64,000 nucleotides of DNA from NCBI GenBank assembly GCA_965219575.1, contig OZ244779.1, forward strand, positions 1,612,769-1,676,768, read 5' to 3'. This DNA is from Candidatus Oxydemutatoraceae bacterium. GTDB taxonomy: Bacteria; Pseudomonadota; Gammaproteobacteria; Poriferisulfidales; Oxydemutatoraceae. Position numbers and translations under genes: made by a program. Below, one piece after another: positions 55,001-61,000 of the stretch. Under the pieces are notes generated by a model. That model did no database searches. It saw nothing but the letters and a program-made list of their open reading frames with translations, and was not told where the DNA came from. Numbering within the stretch: the first letter of the stretch is position 1; each line of letters opens with the position of its first letter.

Positions 55001-58000
55001 CCGGTTTCGCTGTTCCAGTAGCTCGCATCGGTATTGGTTCCGACCCTGTTATTGGCGGCAACTAGACCACCGAGGGTGCCGGAACCCGTTACACCCGATA
55101 GCGTATAGCTATTACGAGTCCCTATCTCAATCGATTGAGTTCCCGAAATAGAACCGACTAAACCACCGCCGTTATTTACATCGGCATGAACCGATCCCGT
55201 CGCATAACCATTGACGACCAAACCGTTTACGAGAATATCCCCTATCAATCCGCCGACATTGTCGTCGGCTCGGATATTCACGCCGGCATAACTATTGTAA
55301 ATTTCCGTACTAAAAGCACCTGTGCCTCTTAAGCTACGACCGACAAGCCCTCCTGCATAACGAATGTTGCCGACAATACTGCCGTAAGCGCGGCTGTTAA
55401 TAATCATACCACTGGAGGCAAACCCGACTAATCCGCCATAGTTGTTCGCTCTACTACCGGGGAGTGCTTCTATATGAATCGCTGCATAGCTATTGAGGAT
55501 TTCGGCATTGTTCGACGGATTGGTTAAGCCGACTAATCCGCCGACATTGTTGCCCGTTGCGGTTATCTCGCCGATCGCATAACTACCGATAATCTCTCCT
55601 TCTAAAATACCTGCCACTGCGCCGGTCGTGCCACCGGTATCTATTTTTACACTCAACAGACCGAGATCGCGTACGACACCGCTATTTCCGATTACACCGA
55701 ATAAACCTTGATTATTTCCGCTATCTCGGTTGATTTGTAGATTGGATATCGTATAGCCGTTGCCGTCGAAGGTGCCGGAGAATCGGTTAGTATTATTGCC
55801 TATAGGTTGCCAACCGAAATCGTCGTCGTCGTTAAAATCGTCCACCGTCCATTCGCGATTTATACGACCCAAGCGGTAGCTGGTCGGGTCGTCAAAATCC
55901 AGATTACGCATCAACTTATAATGACCGCTCGGGTTATTGCGTATTCGATCGACGCCCTCTAAATCGTGTATTTCGGTAGATTCGTTATAGCGTATATAAA
56001 GCGGATAGCGAACCGTCGAGTTGCCTTTTATTTCCAGTACGATACGGTTGACACCCTCGGCTAAGGTGATCCGACTACTGGTCGTACCGCTGATAACGGT
56101 CTGGTCGGGACGGCTTTTACCTTTGACAGTGCCCAAATAGATATTGATCATTGCATTATCTTCTTTTGCAGTCGCTACGATACGAATAGGGTTCGGGTTG
56201 CTACGTCCCGGGTCGGTGGCAACGACACGACCGGAATAATTGCCGTTCAGACTTCTATGGGTGTCGCCGAAGGGCGGATATAATTCGTCGCCGTCGGCTA
56301 ATGTTAAATCTTCGAGACCGTTACGGATTTGAGGTGCGATCACATCGCCGCAGTCGGGCAAACCGTTGCCGTCGCAAGTCCGCATCCCGTCGGCAACGGG
56401 ATTGGGGGCATATTTGAGTATCGGGTATTGCATGTCATTGCCGAAATGCCAGTTGTCCTCGCTCCAGTTGTGATAAATCTGGGTTGAATTCGTTCCCTTT
56501 GCAATCGCCGATTGCAGTTCCCGGGTACTCCTGCCGCTTACGCCCACCCTCGAATCGCCGAGACGAGACTGTCCTTCGGCAGTATCGCTGTTCCAATAAT
56601 TCGGTGCACTTACCGAAGGTCTATTAAAACCGGATAATCTATCGTAAAAACTTCCGTTGGTTCGTCCGATGGAATAATTGGCGGTTAAGGTTGCAGTACT
56701 GTTGAGACCGAGCACTCCGACAAATCCACCGTTAGCGTATCCCGAAGGGTTAAGTGCTTGCCTTATGTTGCTTTGTGCATAGTTGTTTGCAATGTTAAAT
56801 GTGTGTTGCGCGCTACCGACTAAGCCGCCGGTCGGTAGGCTAAGACTCCCGGTATTGACGATCGCACCGATTGCAAAACTATTTTGTATGTTACAGCCGT
56901 TGCAGTTGCCGACCAAGCCGCCCAGATTAGATTGATTTGTCGACACCGCAACATCGCTATAGCTGTTGACGACGGTGCCGAGACTATCGCCGACCAAACC
57001 ACCGATATCATTGAAATACCCGTTCACCGTTCCGATAACATAGCTGTTGGCAATCAAACCCGAGTCGGTATTGGTACCGACCAAACCACCGATATTGTTG
57101 GCATAGCCGGCAATCTCGCCGGTCGCATAGTTGCCGATGGCAACACCGGCGTTGTAGCCGATCAAAGCTCCGACATGACTATAGATTGCACCCGAAGTAT
57201 CGATGCGTCCTACCTTCACATCCAGCAAGCCGAGGTCGCGTATCACGCCGTCTTTGCCAACCGTGCCGAACAGCCCTTGGCGGTCGGTTGTGCGGTTGAT
57301 TTGCAAACCGGATATCGTATAGCCGTTACCGTTAAATTGTCCGGTAAATGTTGTATTGCGCTCGCCTATAGGAAGCCAGCCGGTATCGCTCGCATCGTTA
57401 AAGTCTTCCACCGTCCATTCACGGTTTATCCGATTTCCGGCATAGCTGTCCGGGTCGTTGAAGTTCAGGTGTCGAGTCAATTCGTAGTTGCCCGCCGGTC
57501 GGGTCGCTATAAACCGAAGTTTGTCCAGATTATCGATCTCGGCAAAGCCGTTGCCGTCGCGATCCGACGGCGTGTCATCCTCTTGAAAACTTATAAAGAG
57601 CGAATACCGTAGCGGCGGTGTTGCGACGATTTCCAGAACGATGCGGTTGATATCGTCTTGATCCAATACGATCGGCATGCCGGTCATACCACTGACGACA
57701 CTCTGGTCGGGCGTGCCGTCGACGGCACCGAGATAGATATTGATAACGGCATCGTCTTGCATTGCGGTCGGGATCAAGGCGATGGTATCCATGCCGACCG
57801 TACCGAGATAACGGCTATTGCTTGCGGTGAAAGCCGGTACCAATTCGCCCGATGCCAATTCCAAGCTCTTCAAACCGTTGCGAATTTGCGGTGCTATCAG
57901 ATCGCCGCAGTTCGGCAGACCGCTGCCGTCGCAAACCGTAACGGCAGCTATAGATGCGTATTTTAATATCGGGTATTGCTCGGTCGTGCCGAAATCCCAG

Positions 58001-61000
58001 TCGGCAGGACTCCAGCTCGCATAGATGCCGGCGTCGGCAGTTTGATTGGTCGGTGCTTGCAGTTGTGTTGTCGTTCGACTGCTACCGGAAGCACTTGTGT
58101 TCAGTCCACTGGTCTGCCCATCCCAGTAGCTGTTGCCAGCGGTGCCCGATCCGGTCCCTATCAAACCCCCGATTGCAGACCCGCCGGCGGATACGCGACC
58201 GGTTGCATAGCTATTTCTTATCGTGTTCGCACCCGACGCATTACCGACCAAACCGCCGACAGCGGACGCATCGCCGGCAGCAATCGCACCCGTCGCATAG
58301 CTGTTTCTAATGACGGTAGTGGTGAATTTTCGACCGACCAAGCCGCCTATATTTTGATTGGTCGCGGCATCTATCACATCGATACGACCGGTCGCATAGC
58401 TATTTCTAATTTCACTATTTGCGTGTGAACCGACCAAACCACCGATATTCCACTCACCCGAAACATTACCGCTCGCATGACTGTTGACGATATCGGCACG
58501 ACCGGTGCCGACTAATCCTCCGACCCCTTGTCGACCTACAACATTAACGGCTGCATCGCTGTTGGCAATCGAACCCCTATCATGAGTACCGACCAAACCG
58601 CCGACAACATTGTTGGTTGCGGAGATGTCACCGCTTGCATAGCTACCGATGATGGTACCTTGATTGCCACCGACCAGTGCACCGATAATATCGGAACCTT
58701 CTATTTTTACACCGACCAAATCGAGATGGCGCACCACAGCACCGGGACCGGTAGCACCGAACAAGCCTCGATAAATAGCATTGTCTCGGTTGATTTGTAG
58801 ATTGGCTATCGTATAGCCGTTGCCGTCGAAGCGACCGCTGTATCGGTCGGTAATATTACCTATGGACTCCCAACCGAGAGCGTCGTCATCGTCAAAATCA
58901 TCCACCGTCCAATCGCCGTTGACCGTGCCCGAGAGATAACTGTCGGCATCGTTGAAGTCCAGATCGCGCATCAATTCGTAGTTGCCCGCTAAAGTGGAAG
59001 TACTAGTACCGACGGCATGAAGGTGATCCAGATAATAGAGCTCGACGAACCCGTTGCCGTCTCGGTCCGCCAACACACGATCACCTATATAGTTTATATA
59101 GAGCGGGTATTGAACGCGCGTCGTGCCGCTGGTGATCTCTAGGACGATGCGGTTGACACCTTCGTCTCGATCCAATACGATCGGCATGCCGGTCATACCA
59201 CTGACGATACTTTGGTCGGGCGTGCCGTCGACGCTGCCGAGATAGATATTGATAACGGCACCGTCGTGCATTGCGGTCGGGATCAAGGCGATGGTATCGA
59301 GGGTTGCTTCGCCTCGATAGTTGCTACTGCCGGCACTGAAAGCCGGTATCAGTGTCCCCGATGCCAATTCCAGATTCCTCAAGCCGTTGCGAATTTGCGG
59401 TGATATTAGATCGCCGCAGTTCGGCAAGCCGTTGCCGTCGCAAACCGTAATGGTATCGGTGGATGCGTATTTTAATATCGGATATTGCTCGGCAGTGCCG
59501 AAATCCCAATCGGCACTACTCCAGTTGTAATAAACATCGGTCGGTGTAGTTCCCGGCGTAATCGGCAATTGCATCTGTTCGGTGTTAAAACCGAGACCTC
59601 GCTCGTCGTTAAAACTTGTACCACTGGCTTGTATATCCCAGTAACTGTTTTGGACACGACCATCGGTGTTATTAAACCTGTTTCCCAAGAAACCACCTAT
59701 ATTTACTCCGCTATCCGGTACACTACCGATAGAATAACTATCGGCAACTAATCCGCTTGCTACATTTTGCCACAGAGTACCGATGAAACCACCGACCGAT
59801 TCTTGGCCGATAACCGAACCGGTCGCATAGCTATTTCTAATGACGGTATTACCTACTTTATCGCCTACAAAACCACCTACCGACCTCAAGGTACGACCCA
59901 TGACATTACCGGTCGCATAGCTATTTCTGATTTCTCCGTCCCTATGTACGCCGACGAAACCACCGCAAAAGCCATCTGCAGAAACGCTGCCGGTCGCATA
60001 ACTATTGATGATCAAATTGGGGATTCCATCGAAAAAACCGGAAGCACCGGCCAATCCCCCGACATTAACATTTCCGGTGACATCGACGGCAGCGTAGCTG
60101 TTGATAATCCAACCCGATCTCAAATGTCCGCCGACCAAACCGCCGACAATATCGGTTCCGGTGACTTTGCCGGTTGCATAACTGCCGATGATGGTGCCTC
60201 GGTTTGCACTGGCCAGTGCACCGGTATACGCCCTACCCTCTATAGAGACACCGATCAAACCGAGGTCGCGTATGCTACCTTCGATACTACCGAACAGACT
60301 TTGATCATTAACATTTCTATTGATTTGCAAATTGGATATTACAAAGCCGTTGCCGTTGAACTCGCCTCTGAATCGGGCGGCATCGGTGCCTATGGGTTGC
60401 CAGCCGGTATCGGCAGGGTCGTCGAAATCGTCCACCGTCCATGCGGCTTTATTTGTAGCATCCTCGTAGCTGGCATCGTCCAGAAAATCCAGATCTCCGG
60501 TCAATATATAATTGGCACTCGGATTGTTGCGTATGTTATCGAGGTCTTCCAAAGTATCGATTACGATCGCCGGATTGCCGTCGTCACCCAATAGCGCAGG
60601 GCGATAGCGAAGCGATAAGTTGTAGCGGTCGACACCGCCGCTTCGGCCGTCGCCACCGGGCGTGATCACTTCTATCGCAACATAAGTCGCAGTGCTTTGA
60701 CTCAGTGTTATTTCTCGGCTAACAATACCGCCGACACCGCCGGCAACGGCGGTCATCGGCTCGCTACGACCGGTCTCGTTGTACGCGTCGTCAAAGTAGA
60801 TAAAGGTGATTTGTGCATTCGGGTCGGCAGCAACGGCAACCAGACTCGCGCTCGGGGTGTCGCGTTCGACGACACCGATGTAGCTCCGATAGCGGGTGTC
60901 AAGCGGAGGAACCAGTCTGCTTCGGCGTTCCGACACACGCAGTGCGCTCAGTGCGCGTCGCGGTATCACCGCACCGCAATTCGGCAAACCGTCGCCGTCG

